Assembly (NCBI GenBank): GCA_001687465.1 | Contig: LVLI01000117.1 | Location: 62,001-120,066 of the forward strand | DNA: 58,066 nucleotides | Reading direction: 5' to 3' | From: Halocafeteria seosinensis | Lineage: Eukaryota | Made by a program: the position numbers and the translations under genes | The notes under the pieces: generated by a model | Told to the model about the DNA's origin: nothing | Seen by the model: only the letters and a program-made list of their open reading frames with translations | Database searches by the model: none | Shown: positions 22,301-33,707 of the stretch, piece after piece | Position numbering within the stretch: the stretch's first letter is position 1 | Layout of the letters: every line of letters begins with the position of its first letter

Positions 22301-22909
22301 TCAAGCGACACTTCTCGAAGAAGCATGAGGGTCAATAGATCTTCATCAGATTTGAGTTCGGAGTAGATCCTGTTGAGTTCTGGGTCTTGAGTCCTCAATG
22401 CGGTTTGCCGACACCTGCAAAGTACGAAAAGTTTCTCTGACAGGAGAATTGTTGCTCCTCCCAGTAGAGACGTCTTACATGATAAGGTGACTTGGGACCC
22501 GAAAGAGTAGGTCATCAACATATACTTCATTTGCAGCAAATACTGTTAACAAGTAAACATGCGGCCATATCATCACTCAGGTTCACTCCATTATGTCGCT
22601 CGTCTTACCTCGAGGCTCGTACCGAGCAAACGGCGCACCAATGCTGGATAATCGCTCTGCATTTAACTGTTGGTTTTTCGCTCTATCCACTAACCTTACG
22701 CTAAAGGTAACATTTGGCGCCAAGGCACCATTATCCCGGTACCACTTCTCAAAGGCACGCAGCTTTTTTGTCATCCTTTCGTGCTCTATTTCCAGTTGTC
22801 TCATTCTCTTATGGAATTCTTTGTGATTTTGCGCCGATTCACTATACTTGTCAAAGGTGGCTAAAATCACCAGTACAATGAGAAATGTACATGATCTGTG
22901 ATCGAGCAT
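19363..22909 (-). CDS. SET-domain protein of the Rubisco-LSMT/SETD3-like family, with N-terminal signal peptide and long C-terminal extension (multi-exon)
   Basis: Exons encode AFEKWYRDNGA, LMLLRE..SLWKPYLDLLP...PMFFEESELKGLQ, FVWAAATVEMRA...LIPGPDLLWH and FLHHHGFVP. The 21403-21335 intron joins in frame to the 678-aa ORF. The N-terminus MLDHRSCTFLIVLVILATF is hydrophobic. Confidence 0.72.
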
Positions 22910-23288
22910 CGTTTGGCCCTTTTGTAGCCACTTTTCTCCCCAGATGTGGTACGTTGCTTGCCCTCTATTCTCCACCGCAGACAGTGTGACTACGAATGCT
23001 TTACTCCTGTACCTAAACCGAACGACAATGTCAATTTTGGTTTTAAATGCTTCAAACTTTCAACAAGTCGCTGAGCATTTTTTTCCCGTCGTCTTGTGAA
23101 CTTCAAGTTGAACTTGCTTCATCGGTGTCACTCTGGTTTTCGACTATATACCAGTACAGTGCATACGTGAAATTCATATCAGTATCAAACTATAATATGT
23201 CTTAGTAGTTAGTCGCTAATCAATTTGCAGGCCGCGCTTCATGGAGTAACACCTTGTGTGGGTAGGAATAGACGGTGTTTGTGCAAGG

Positions 23289-24995
23289 ATGGCGACCCCC
23301 AGGAGCAAAAAGCAACAGAGGAAGAGCAAGAATACAAGCTCTCGGACGCCACACACAGCTCATTCGCGGAATCCAAGGAAGGAGATGGAGCAATTGGCGT
23401 CCGTCAAACATAGCAAGGATATTGAACAGCACATTAATAAGGAGAATTCGTTCCGAAATGACCCCGAAAACGCGGATAGTGGCTTCGATGATGGCACCAT
23501 GGCGGGTAGTGGTACGTGTTTATGGCCTCTACATTTTTGTTTTTAAGACAGTCGAAGTATTTTGCTCGTGTTTTTTGCAGGGAGAAGGAAAGTGGATGTC
23601 GATGAAGAACTTGGAGATGAAGGCAATGCTCAACTGCGTCCAGGTACCTTGCGTCCTGTGGATGAAACATTCGAGCAAGGGAAATATGCAGGCGAACGAG
23701 TGAATGTGAACAGCATTTATTCGAACGATCAAGAGAATAACGATTCAGACGTACAGAGTGAAGAAGAATCTTCCGAAGACGAAGAAGGAGGGAGAGAAGA
23801 ACTGCCAAATGGCAGTGGTGGTTCGAGTGTAGGGGATACAGCGAGTGAGCAAGATGGCGAGCAAACGGCTAATCAAGAAAGCTCCAGGCATGATGGAAGT
23901 GAAGAAATTAATGACGAACTTGCTGCGTTAGAAGCCGAGGATGAAGCCCAATTTATTCAAATGAGCAAATCTTCACATGTTGACAAGGAAAAGGGGGATG
24001 AGGTCAAGCATCAAGTTCACTTCTTTGAGCGACTCCTGGAATCAAGGATTCTGACACAGCGATTGGTTAAAGATGCGAATCGATTTCCTCGCCAAGATGC
24101 TTATCAAGGATTAGTAAAACAAGATAGTAAACTACGGCAAAACTTCCACCAGTGCGCGTCTGCACTGAAGAAGACACTCGCACAATGTTTGGAGCTACAA
24201 ACATTATCCCTACCTAGCACTGACTCGGTCAAGCAAAATTGCAGGTCCCGGAACTTAGATTTCGATGATCTAGGCGCCAATATAGTCCCTGGCAGAAAGC
24301 GAAGGAGGGAAGATGACGATTCATCTGAAGGAGACGACCAGGACGAGGAACCTGATGATCAGTCTCAAATTGCTAGCGTAGATTCAGACGCCATCTGGAG
24401 TGCCTTGGATACACTACATCAAGTGTCGATGGAACCAATGAAAGGAGTGCTCGATAGAGAATATGAACGGGTGAACCAGGGGAAAGGCCGGAACAAAGCA
24501 ATGAAAGCATTATATCAGCCAATATCGAAACAAGTGGACGAGATACTCGCTGACACAGAGCGATTCCAGCGACGAGCCCACATCAGGTTATCGAACAGTT
24601 CCGTTTTGGGGGAAGACCAGGCGAAATTCCAGAGTGCTACTGCATCCCAGGAGTGGGACAAAGAAGTTTATGATGACTCAGAATTTTATCAGATGCTATT
24701 AAAGGAGTTTTTGCAGTCCAAGTCAACGGATGATGCCATGGCTGCGCAGTCATCTGTGTCCGGCAACTTGGTCAATTCCAAAAAGTCCCAACAACAGAAG
24801 AAGCAAGTTGACAGAAAGGCGAGTAAAGGCAGAAAGATAAGGTTTGCCGTTCAACCAAAATTGGTGAACTTTGTGGTCCCCGAGAAACACAGTGCATATG
24901 ATGAAAATAGTGATAGTAATGTGGTTACAAGAGATGGCTCTACTATAAACCTTGACAACTTAGTCCGATCTCTCTTCCGCGCTACAACGGCTTGA
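23289..24995 (+). CDS. AATF: AATF/BFR2 (Traube) SSU-processome nucleolar protein (intron 23512-23580)
   Basis: YDDSEFYQMLLKEFL and VDRKASKGRKIRFAVQPKLVNF are the conserved TRAUB C-terminal motifs; acidic N-terminal half. Confidence 0.9.
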
Positions 24996-25110
24996 AGTTA
25001 ATGCACTTTCTGAGTCTACATTATTCGTATTTGAATGATTTGTTGGGTCTTTACATTTCACACTACATGCTTTTTGTATATTCATCCACTTGTATATAGT
25101 ACGAGACGAA

Positions 25111-25849
25111 ATGGAGCCGCAGCAGCAAAAGCAAGTGCAGCGGCAACAACCGCAGTCTCAGCCTCTGGCGGCGGCCATCGTGAAGTTTACAGAGAGCTGT
25201 TTTGGGCAAGCGCTCATTTCCGGCGTCGTCGGTAAGGGCTCTCTAGAGGTATCTCGTGTGTATAATGCTTGACATCTGATGTGTATGCCTCTTATCTTTG
25301 TTATACAGGGGCTGGAGCTGGAATCGGAATGGGGATATTTTTTGGGACTTTCGAAGGAGCTCATGGTGAACTTAAAGGCAATACAACTGCTGAACAAGTA
25401 CGTGTTAGGTATTTGCCCCTAGCAGAATGAGAGTATGTTGTAATATATATGTTTGACACGGCCTTTCCTTTGGTGGAACTGTGCAGCTGAAGTATGGCTT
25501 TCGAAAGACATTTACACTGGGATACACACGTTCGAAGCATTTGGCCAAGAGTTTTGGTGCTGTTGGACTTGTATACGCATTTTTGGAGTGTAATTTATCC
25601 AAATTTCGCGGGAGGGCCGATATATACAATGCCATCTTTGCGGGCGCCGGAGCTGGGTCCATTTTCGGTCTTATTGGGCTTCACGGAAACAATAGAATCC
25701 GAGACATGACCAAATTACATTTACTGAGAAGAAGTATGGTTGGAGCATTCGGGTTCGCAGCGTTTTCTGCAACAATTGAATTATTGATACATAACGTTGT
25801 GTACAACACGAAGGAACGATCATCTGCAGAAGTTGTTGACCGGTTCTGA
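25111..25849 (+). CDS. TIM22: Mitochondrial inner-membrane translocase Tim17/22/23 family, Tim22-like (3 exons)
   Basis: Spliced product ESCFGQALISGVVGAGAGIGMGIFFG...AKSFGAVGLVYAFLEC..KFRGRADIYNAIFAGAGAG...GFAAFSATIE; the ESC and EC cysteines and GFAAFS are typical of Tim22. Confidence 0.8.
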
Positions 25850-26782
25850 ACCACTGTCCTCCAAAAACACATCCTATCCAGATTGCCGATTGGGCTGCAA
25901 GACACAGAAAACGCAGTCGATGAAGCATTTTCCCCGACGCTCATGCGAGAATCCTGGGAAGGGGATCGTTTGGACTGTTGCCGTGTGTCCAGTTTGCATT
26001 GGGTTGATATGCCCTGAACGGCTCAGAATGAACCTTTAAATGAGACGGCACAGTTTCTCAAGTCTCGTAGCGTGCATACAAAACCGTAGAGCTCTAAGTC
26101 TGAAGGTTACGTCTTTCGGAGAGCGGCTGGTTCCGAGCTCGAATACCAAAGAACCATGCCTTGAGTGCAACCGCTATAACACGACATCGTTGATCTGCAA
26201 TTGCGATAAGGGGAAGGTGCTTTGGTCTACGTGTTTTATGTCGACTGGTGCCTGTTAGGTAGTAAGCAATCCATGTAGCTGCTAGTACCCAGGTAGGAAG
26301 GATTACCGGCGAAGTGTGGCAACTTGCAAAATATCAAGGACATTAGAGCTAGTACGCTGTATTAAAAACCACATTGAGGTTTCCTCGATACTACTCTAAC
26401 GGCGGTTTTACGCTTCACCATAGAGCGGCCTTTGAAAGTTGGCCGCTTTTCCGGGAGGGGAATGCGTCTTCGTTGCGACAAAAGTGGCGCGCAAGTCGCG
26501 ACCACATCTGTGCGACAGCGTCAGCAGCCGGCGTCATGTTGTGTTTGTTAGTAGCGGACAAAACCATGTACTACATTCACTAGAATATTTGATGCTTCTT
26601 CTTTGAATACAATGGGAAATGTGGTGTTCAAGGTGGTATACGTGAACATTTGTCTCCAAACACTCCTTGCGACGTTGCGTTGCGCCGCAGAACCAGAGGG
26701 TGGGTTTCTATGCACTAGAGGGTCTACAAGCATCCCTTGATCTATTCCGTGCAGTGTGCATTTCTGTGCTAGGAGAGGCAAC

Positions 26783-29479
26783 ATGGCTCAAACACAGGTG
26801 GTAAGCGAGGGCGCGAGAGGAGGTTATCGTACGCCTGTTCGCCCGCAAAAGAGCGCGCCGGTTGCGACGCATTCCAGTTCCAATTTGGAACAAACAAAGC
26901 GCGGTCGACGTGTTAGGAACATTCGCAGTTTTCGTCGACGTCTTTCAGTCGAGCAAGCCGGAGACGATGAAATCGCTAAACCGCGTGAGAAAATGCTCCT
27001 CTGTTCCTTGTTCAAGGATGTGGACCCACTTTCGCTTCCTCCGAAGCCACCGAGTCCCCGGACATCGAAGAGTAGTTCCGAGGAGACGAAGCGTCGTCCA
27101 GAAGTGCAGCTCTTAAAGGAAGCAGGTTTATCGGGGAAAGAAATCGAAGCCCTTCGTGAAGCGCCACGTCCTTCATGCCTTGTAAAAAACAATCTGCTGA
27201 CAGAAACCGGCAAGCCAAACGGCAGATTGAGGAGGATAGTACAAGGAGACCTGAAGATCTCGACTGGAGTATCGTTTCGCCATGTTGCACCACCGTCGCC
27301 CAATGTTTCAACATTTTTTACCTCTGTAAACATATCGGACCATGAAGGACACGAGAGTACCGAAGAAGGGGAGAAGGATTCCAGTTCTCCGGTGCATGGA
27401 GAGTACCGACGAAGCTCAGCAATGACTGCTGTTCCAATACAACGAGTTCGAGGATTGTGGAGTAATCTGCGAGCAACAATGCCGTTCGATATAACCCTAG
27501 GTCCGAAAGCGATCGGGTTCTTACGAAAGAAACTTATGCGCATTTTCATGGAACGCAAGAGGCGTAACTTCCTTGCTCGAGGGCACATTCCCGGAAGGGA
27601 AACAGAGCATAAACACCAACCCCATATAACCCAGGAAGAGATCCAAGAAGAAGAGGAATTTAGACGTCTTATTAAGCTATCTGTTCATGATCAAAATACG
27701 TCAATGACAGCCCCTGAAGCAGGAATCGAACGTGACGCTGAGATGATTGCATCTGTGGCTCTATCGGGTGGGAGCTCCACGAAATCGTTGGGACACTATG
27801 GGGAACCACCAAAATCGCATGAAGTGGAAGAACATATGGATACTAAGAGGGTCCCCACGCTACAGTTACAGCTGGTGGATAGAGACTCCACGCCACTTGT
27901 GTCCCACAGGCGTTTCTCTGCGCGAAGTGTTGCTTTAGCAGCGGGTGTTAAATTTAGCCCTCGAAGCATAGAAACTTTGGAGCGGTACGAATCTTCTCGA
28001 TCTAACCGCTTGTGGCCGTCGGCATTTAGTGCTAGGGCAAGAATCTCCAGTACTGTGCGGAATGATTCCTTAAACCAAAGTAAAAGTAGAAGTAATGAGC
28101 TTGTTGATCTTGACCCGGCCTCAATGGAGTCTCCCTATAAGATGTTAGAAAGTGCCTACGAAAAATTTTGGCAAATAAGAGAAACTTCGACAAATCCGAT
28201 ACCAGAACAAGAGAACAACTCGCCTACGTTCGTTCGCCGAAGGAACATTTCCGAACACGTAGAGTTTGTCAGAGAAAATAGCTGGGTACAAGCAGCATTG
28301 GCCCTTCGCGTCCGAGCATACAAACTTGCGCAAAGGAAACTCAACAAAGAAAATGCCAAGAAAAGAAACAAAGTCATCCAGAATCGAAAGTCCGTTGATC
28401 AATTTTCCCCCGAACGCGCAAAAGACCGGCGGCAAAAATGGTTCGAGCAGGAAAAACAAAAGGAGCGACTTGTGAGAGATCGAAACAACAAAAATGTTGA
28501 ACAGACCATTGAAAATCGAGAAGACTTTTTGATGCGCAATGACTGGTTTCTTGAGAAAAGGTTAGAACGGGAGAGACAATGCCTATGGATGACTGCGTTT
28601 GTCCTCCAGAAATCGGTTTACAGTCTTATCAAACCTCTGGCGTCACGGCGGTACGAATGGCGTCGACATGCCGCAGCTGCTTGCATTCAAGTGAATTGGA
28701 AGACCATAAGAAATTTCCGCAGAGCTCTGCGCAAGTTGCACGCCCTAACAATACTCGCTGGATGGGCTGGAAGGGTGAAATTGCGAGTACGTGTGAGATG
28801 GAAAAATAGATCTGTGAATCTCATAAAAGCGTTTATGGAGGATTTCTGTTTATCAGTCAATGAAGCAAAGACTCGTGTACATATACGCAAGTTTCTGGGT
28901 AAAATAGTGACTATCCAAAGAGTATGGAGGTTTTTCTCCACTTGCTCAGGCTTAAGGATGCAAGTGATATTTCATCAGTGGAAAAAGACGCTGCTGCGAC
29001 TGGAGGAACTCTCTCAAAGTGGGGGTATCATGTACTTCGGTCAGGAGCAGGTAACGGTGGTTCCACTTAGGCAAAAAGAAGCTTTCCGTGAATTTCGCAA
29101 GTTTCGGCAGAGTACAATCGAATCAGTGAGACAAACAGGCCAGAAACTTGCTCTGCGCCGCATGAAGCAGCTAGACAAATATAAACTCCTTCTGCAAAGT
29201 GCTGACCTTCCCGCTGTGAGCAGCAAAGAACTAGGAGTTTTTGCAGGGATATTAACGAGCGATACTGTAGTTAATGGCTCTCTTCGCACAGCCACTGTTT
29301 CTCTAATGTTACGGGAACATTGTCGCCTGTATGCTAGGAGCAAGAAAGAAGCAGGAGGGCACGCTAGCCTCAGATCGCTCTTCTGGAGACTCACCCACAC
29401 GTCCTGGTTGCTGTCGTGGATGATGCAAGCTTATTATGTGGCAACTATATTGAAGAAAGAGGGTTTGGAAGTGCGTTGA
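26783..29479 (+). CDS. Hypothetical protein, disordered N-terminus, coiled coil and IQ-like motifs
   Basis: Uninterrupted ORF of ~900 aa with first ATG at 26783; AAACIQVNWKTIR and IVTIQRVWRFF resemble IQ calmodulin-binding motifs. Confidence 0.65.
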   Translation: MAQTQVVSEGARGGYRTPVRPQKSAPVATHSSSNLEQTKRGRRVRNIRSFRRRLSVEQAGDDEIAKPREKMLLCSLFKDVDPLSLPPKPPSPRTSKSSSEETKRRPEVQLLKEAGLSGKEIEALREAPRPSCLVKNNLLTETGKPNGRLRRIVQGDLKISTGVSFRHVAPPSPNVSTFFTSVNISDHEGHESTEEGEKDSSSPVHGEYRRSSAMTAVPIQRVRGLWSNLRATMPFDITLGPKAIGFLRKKLMRIFMERKRRNFLARGHIPGRETEHKHQPHITQEEIQEEEEFRRLIKLSVHDQNTSMTAPEAGIERDAEMIASVALSGGSSTKSLGHYGEPPKSHEVEEHMDTKRVPTLQLQLVDRDSTPLVSHRRFSARSVALAAGVKFSPRSIETLERYESSRSNRLWPSAFSARARISSTVRNDSLNQSKSRSNELVDLDPASMESPYKMLESAYEKFWQIRETSTNPIPEQENNSPTFVRRRNISEHVEFVRENSWVQAALALRVRAYKLAQRKLNKENAKKRNKVIQNRKSVDQFSPERAKDRRQKWFEQEKQKERLVRDRNNKNVEQTIENREDFLMRNDWFLEKRLERERQCLWMTAFVLQKSVYSLIKPLASRRYEWRRHAAAACIQVNWKTIRNFRRALRKLHALTILAGWAGRVKLRVRVRWKNRSVNLIKAFMEDFCLSVNEAKTRVHIRKFLGKIVTIQRVWRFFSTCSGLRMQVIFHQWKKTLLRLEELSQSGGIMYFGQEQVTVVPLRQKEAFREFRKFRQSTIESVRQTGQKLALRRMKQLDKYKLLLQSADLPAVSSKELGVFAGILTSDTVVNGSLRTATVSLMLREHCRLYARSKKEAGGHASLRSLFWRLTHTSWLLSWMMQAYYVATILKKEGLEVR

Positions 29480-29532
29480 TCATCGGTAGATCCGTACTTT
29501 TGGTATCAATGGTTCGTTCGACGAAAATAGTA

Positions 29533-30465
29533 TTAAGTGGTTTGCGGCATCCTCCCCCCAGACCTTATGATAAGCTCAAACCAGGCTGAGGAAACGGAGC
29601 TTGCCGGAATGCTCGCATCGAACAATCCCCATATCGGATTGCGAACTAAAGACTCGTGCAAAGATTTCCGGGGATTCGATGCTCCCGTTTGGAGCCATAT
29701 TGCTTTAAACAAATTGACATGTTCCGCCAAAATGAACTCGCTAATTTGTTCGTGCCTTGCGTCAATCTGCAGTCCCTCTTTTGTTGTATTTACCAAGTGA
29801 TAACGCTCATAAACAACCGCCCGCATCACTAAACCTCTGGACGACCACATTGCACAGCAAAAGCCCAAGAATACACCCACAGGCTCAAGCAGTAGCCCAA
29901 CCAACGGGACCATCGCAATCATGCATATTGGAAGCAACAGGAAATCCCAAATGAGTGCTAGTATTCCAAAGGGGAAGAGGAGGAACGCTAATATCCATGC
30001 CAGTAAAGTTTTGCAACATGATATTGGACCTTGGGGGGTTCCCATGGTTTTGCAGCAGCGCTTGCAGTTCAGATGTTCGAAGAAACCCGCGATGCTTGGG
30101 CCACAGCCTCGCGGATGATCCAGAAGCTCCACTCCAATGCTTGATGCAAGCGGCCTTATAAACATGTTACCATAACTGTAAAATGATCTTTTGATGCCTA
30201 CGGGAGCATTGCGCTCCGGCCATTCGTCTCCGGCTACAGCTGTGTCCAACAAAGAGTCTTTAGCTGTCGGGGTTATTGTGGATGCTGGAGCTTCCTCCTG
30301 GCGTGAATATTGGCAACACCAGTTGCAAGTAATAACCCTAGCTAGTACCAATGCTGTCTGTTGCAGTACCTCCGTGAATAGCGACGGATACGGCGCCTTA
30401 ATGTGCGTCACAAGATGATACCGTGGGCCGAAAATTGAATTCTGCTGTTGGCATCCCCGTTCCAA
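29533..30465 (-). CDS. Hypothetical Cys-rich membrane protein (last exon; upstream exons unresolved)
   Basis: 310-codon ORF with a long hydrophobic stretch (LLAWILAFLLFPFGILALIWDFLLLPICMIAMVPLVGLLL) and CC pairs; GTAAG donor-like site near 30547 upstream. Confidence 0.5.
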   Translation of the reverse strand: MERGCQQQNSIFGPRYHLVTHIKAPYPSLFTEVLQQTALVLARVITCNWCCQYSRQEEAPASTITPTAKDSLLDTAVAGDEWPERNAPVGIKRSFYSYGNMFIRPLASSIGVELLDHPRGCGPSIAGFFEHLNCKRCCKTMGTPQGPISCCKTLLAWILAFLLFPFGILALIWDFLLLPICMIAMVPLVGLLLEPVGVFLGFCCAMWSSRGLVMRAVVYERYHLVNTTKEGLQIDARHEQISEFILAEHVNLFKAIWLQTGASNPRKSLHESLVRNPIWGLFDASIPASSVSSAWFELIIRSGGRMPQTT

Positions 30466-32530
30466 GCCACTTGCCGCTACTGTAACACTAGGAAGAATCT
30501 GCCTCTACTTAGCGCAGACAATGCAATAAAATTCATCAATAACTTACCGTCGATTTCATGGCTACGCAGTTCTGTTAGTATATCGCTTCGGAAAGCACTG
30601 GGGTGTACGACAAATGTAGCCATAACATGAGTTAACTGTACTGTGCAATGTCTACATCAACCATCAAGGGCCATTTCCAACACCTGGTAGAAGCTGGCAG
30701 ACAGTATGGCGAAACAAAACAACAGGCAAACCCGATTACAGCTGCTGCTGGCATCAGTTGGCGGAGCGGAACCTCCCGTTGAATCCGGCGTGCGTCCATG
30801 TGCATCCAAGTATCACGGAACTATGATGTAATTCATTCATCAACTCTGTCTAGATGACCGTCAACGAGCAGTGAGTTCCTTCCTGTCACTGTACCCATTT
30901 CAAATCGTCGTACAATGTAATACCGGTAGGACTGTAGCCTACAGTCTGTAGGAGCACCAGCTTGTAGGGTCCCAGTGTACCATTTTCCATCCTAGGTATG
31001 CAAGCGCAAATGCTGACGTCCGTTTGGAACGAACCACAAGATATATACAGCTGGTACTCTGTTGTATAAACTTTCACTGATTCGTCATGGTTGCTTTCAT
31101 GCTGCTTGTAGAGTCCGCGTTCGCACCCCTGCTAAGCGTCCCCCAGCTATGGCATCTCCGTTCCCGAAACATTCAAAAATACTTAACTTCCTTAATTGGT
31201 TCTGATTACACTCGAGGAGGGGTAGTGTAATTGAAATGGAAAAGAAACGGTGAGATCACTGGGTTGAGGCGGTGAAAATCTAGTTTCGCAAATGCAGATT
31301 CCAGAAATGCACTGCAACAACCTTCGCATCTCTTTCGTCCGTTGGATACGACAGGTGTCCCAGTTCACCAACGTTCCTTCAAACTTATTGAATTCACAGC
31401 GTACTGTTTGTAGCTTGATGGTGAAGGGGACTAGGAATGGCTAAGTTCTTGAAACTCGGCGGCGGTCTGCTAGGAAGTGCCAAGAAACTCCAAAGTTTAG
31501 CCGCACCTTCCGTGATGAATAACACTGTTCTCCCATGGCAAGTATACAAGAGGATAGGACAGTACAACCAGTACATGCGAAAGGGGAGGGTTCTGGCTAC
31601 TTTCCATGTCCCATATGATCCCACCAGCTGATGTTGTGGACTGAATACACATGTTTGGCGATCTCCATCTCGTCCTGCTGTCCAGTCGCCTCAGAGATGC
31701 AAGCAGCAACACATTTGCCTGCTTGTCTTTTGTGAGTTACATTTCCACACATATCGTTCTCTGATACTCTATGTATGGGTGTATTACCCGTGTGTCCCCA
31801 TCTCCGCTCTTGGTTGCGGCCAAGAACATACCACGGTTTTTGAGATTCTGAGTCAGTGAGTAACTCACCTCCTATCCGGATCTTGGTCCCAGAACTGGTG
31901 CCACGCTGGAATTGTTCATGCAAGACAAAATTCTCCCCCTCTTTCTTGTTTGATATATTGTTGCGCATAGTCTGGATTTTTTTAAAATTTTTTCGGTTCT
32001 TCTCTGCAGAGTTCAGTGAAACTGCAAAATTTTTGTCTTGGGAGTACCGGCGTCAGAAGGCTCGAGAAAAGGAAAGGTATCAAGGATCCCTTTTTTTCCC
32101 CTGGCAGTTCCCCCTTGTCGCAGCCCGGAGTGTGCGACCTCGGGAAGATAGAAGGCCCTGCTATTTACAGCGCTGCAGGTTCTTGAGAGTTTGTATATTA
32201 CAACAAGAGGGGGGAGTTTATTTAATTGGGGTCTATGTACGGCGTGAGGAGAGGAGAGCTCCGAAGTGAGTTATCGGCAATTTCCTCTCGAAACGAGCCG
32301 ACGTTGAAGCGCATCTCCTCTGATACCGGGAAAACACCGAGAACAGCTCACTCCATTGTGTTCGCCGTAACAATCCCGCTAAAGCCCACAACTGGATCCC
32401 CTCAAAGTTTATTATAAGGTTATTACACCAGAGGGAATTTTCCACCAACGTGGAAAGTGCAGGACGAAAGAGGAAACCTCCAGCTGGTTTGTAACTCCGT
32501 CCTCGCAAGGGAACCGAAAGTGGAACGACA

Positions 32531-33574
32531 ATGACAACCAAAGAGAAGAATAAAATAAAGCCTCCTGCCCCACTAAGGCAGGTTCTTGTAAAACAGAGCA
32601 AATCCGATTACACAGCAAGAAACTTTACCAAGAATCCTTCAAGGGATCATGTGCCAGGCCAACTTCAAAGGTCCACGTTGTTAGAACGGTTAAGACCAGG
32701 GACTGGATTGACAGGAAAATCAAAGGTTCACTCTCTCCATCGAAAATCAGTTGCAACTACGCACCAAAGGAATAGCTACTCTTTTCCCTCAAGAGAAGGG
32801 TCTTCTTCAGGGAGTATGCGCACCCAAGGCTCAAAACACTGTAACGGCACTAAAACAATACCACCAACTCCGGTAAAGGATCCAAAGCAGCAAGTTTCCT
32901 CGCGACAGCGTAGTCATACAGGCGAAGAGACTAGCCAAAGAACTCATAATAAGAAAGATACTACGACTAAGTTGCCACCTGTAGAAGAAAGCGGTTTCAG
33001 AGGAGGAATTGTCCGAAGAGATTACAGATACCTAAACGGGAATAAATTGGTTTCCTCCAGTTTGGGAAGTACAGCAGGAGACAACCACAGTAACCATAAG
33101 AGGAATAGTAGTTGTGTTGATTCGCAGACAGCTCAATCATCCTGGAATGGATCGAAGTCTGACTCGTTCTCCAGCAGGAGAGGCTACGGTCTCTGCTACT
33201 CGACTGAGTCCACAACCGCAACTAAACCGAACTCATTTTCGGCTGTGGAAAGAAATTGGCAATATACGCATTCTTGCTCCTCGTCTGAAAAAACAGCCGC
33301 GTGTTACAAAGAGAACCAGCAAGACAAGACGTCCCGGTTACAACCAAGGGACCACCCTCGGAGTTTTAGGCTTCGCACCGACACAGGAAGTAACCCTGGG
33401 ACTGTAGATACAGAATCCACCGATTCCAGTCAAGAATTTTTATCCAAACTCGGTGAAAACGCTCAAGCGAGTTGCACGGTGGATGGGCTACCTTTATTGC
33501 TCAAATTGCAAAACTACGACCCAGGTGAACCTCAGTCTCCGTTAAAGAGTAGGAAAAGCTATTTTCGGTTCTGA
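32531..33574 (+). CDS. Hypothetical low-complexity Ser/Thr/Lys-rich protein
   Basis: 347-aa ATG-initiated ORF followed by an AT-rich 3' region; no recognisable domain. Confidence 0.5.
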   Translation: MTTKEKNKIKPPAPLRQVLVKQSKSDYTARNFTKNPSRDHVPGQLQRSTLLERLRPGTGLTGKSKVHSLHRKSVATTHQRNSYSFPSREGSSSGSMRTQGSKHCNGTKTIPPTPVKDPKQQVSSRQRSHTGEETSQRTHNKKDTTTKLPPVEESGFRGGIVRRDYRYLNGNKLVSSSLGSTAGDNHSNHKRNSSCVDSQTAQSSWNGSKSDSFSSRRGYGLCYSTESTTATKPNSFSAVERNWQYTHSCSSSEKTAACYKENQQDKTSRLQPRDHPRSFRLRTDTGSNPGTVDTESTDSSQEFLSKLGENAQASCTVDGLPLLLKLQNYDPGEPQSPLKSRKSYFRF

Positions 33575-33707
33575 TAGAACTACCCCAAATGTGAAAAAAT
33601 TAAAATAAAAATAAAACCACAGAAGCATATAAAAGTGAAACTCTTAGAGGGTATATTTATGTTTGTGTATCCTGCGATTAGTGCTGATGCCTATCAAGTG
33701 ACAGGCT

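Noticed and set aside
26824..27588. 254-aa minus-strand ORF
   Set aside because: Entirely antisense to the 907-aa ORF; no domain signal.
32204..32216. Polypurine tract suggestive of an LTR retrotransposon
   Set aside because: Not followed by a TG-starting LTR; no direct repeats or gag/pol ORFs nearby.
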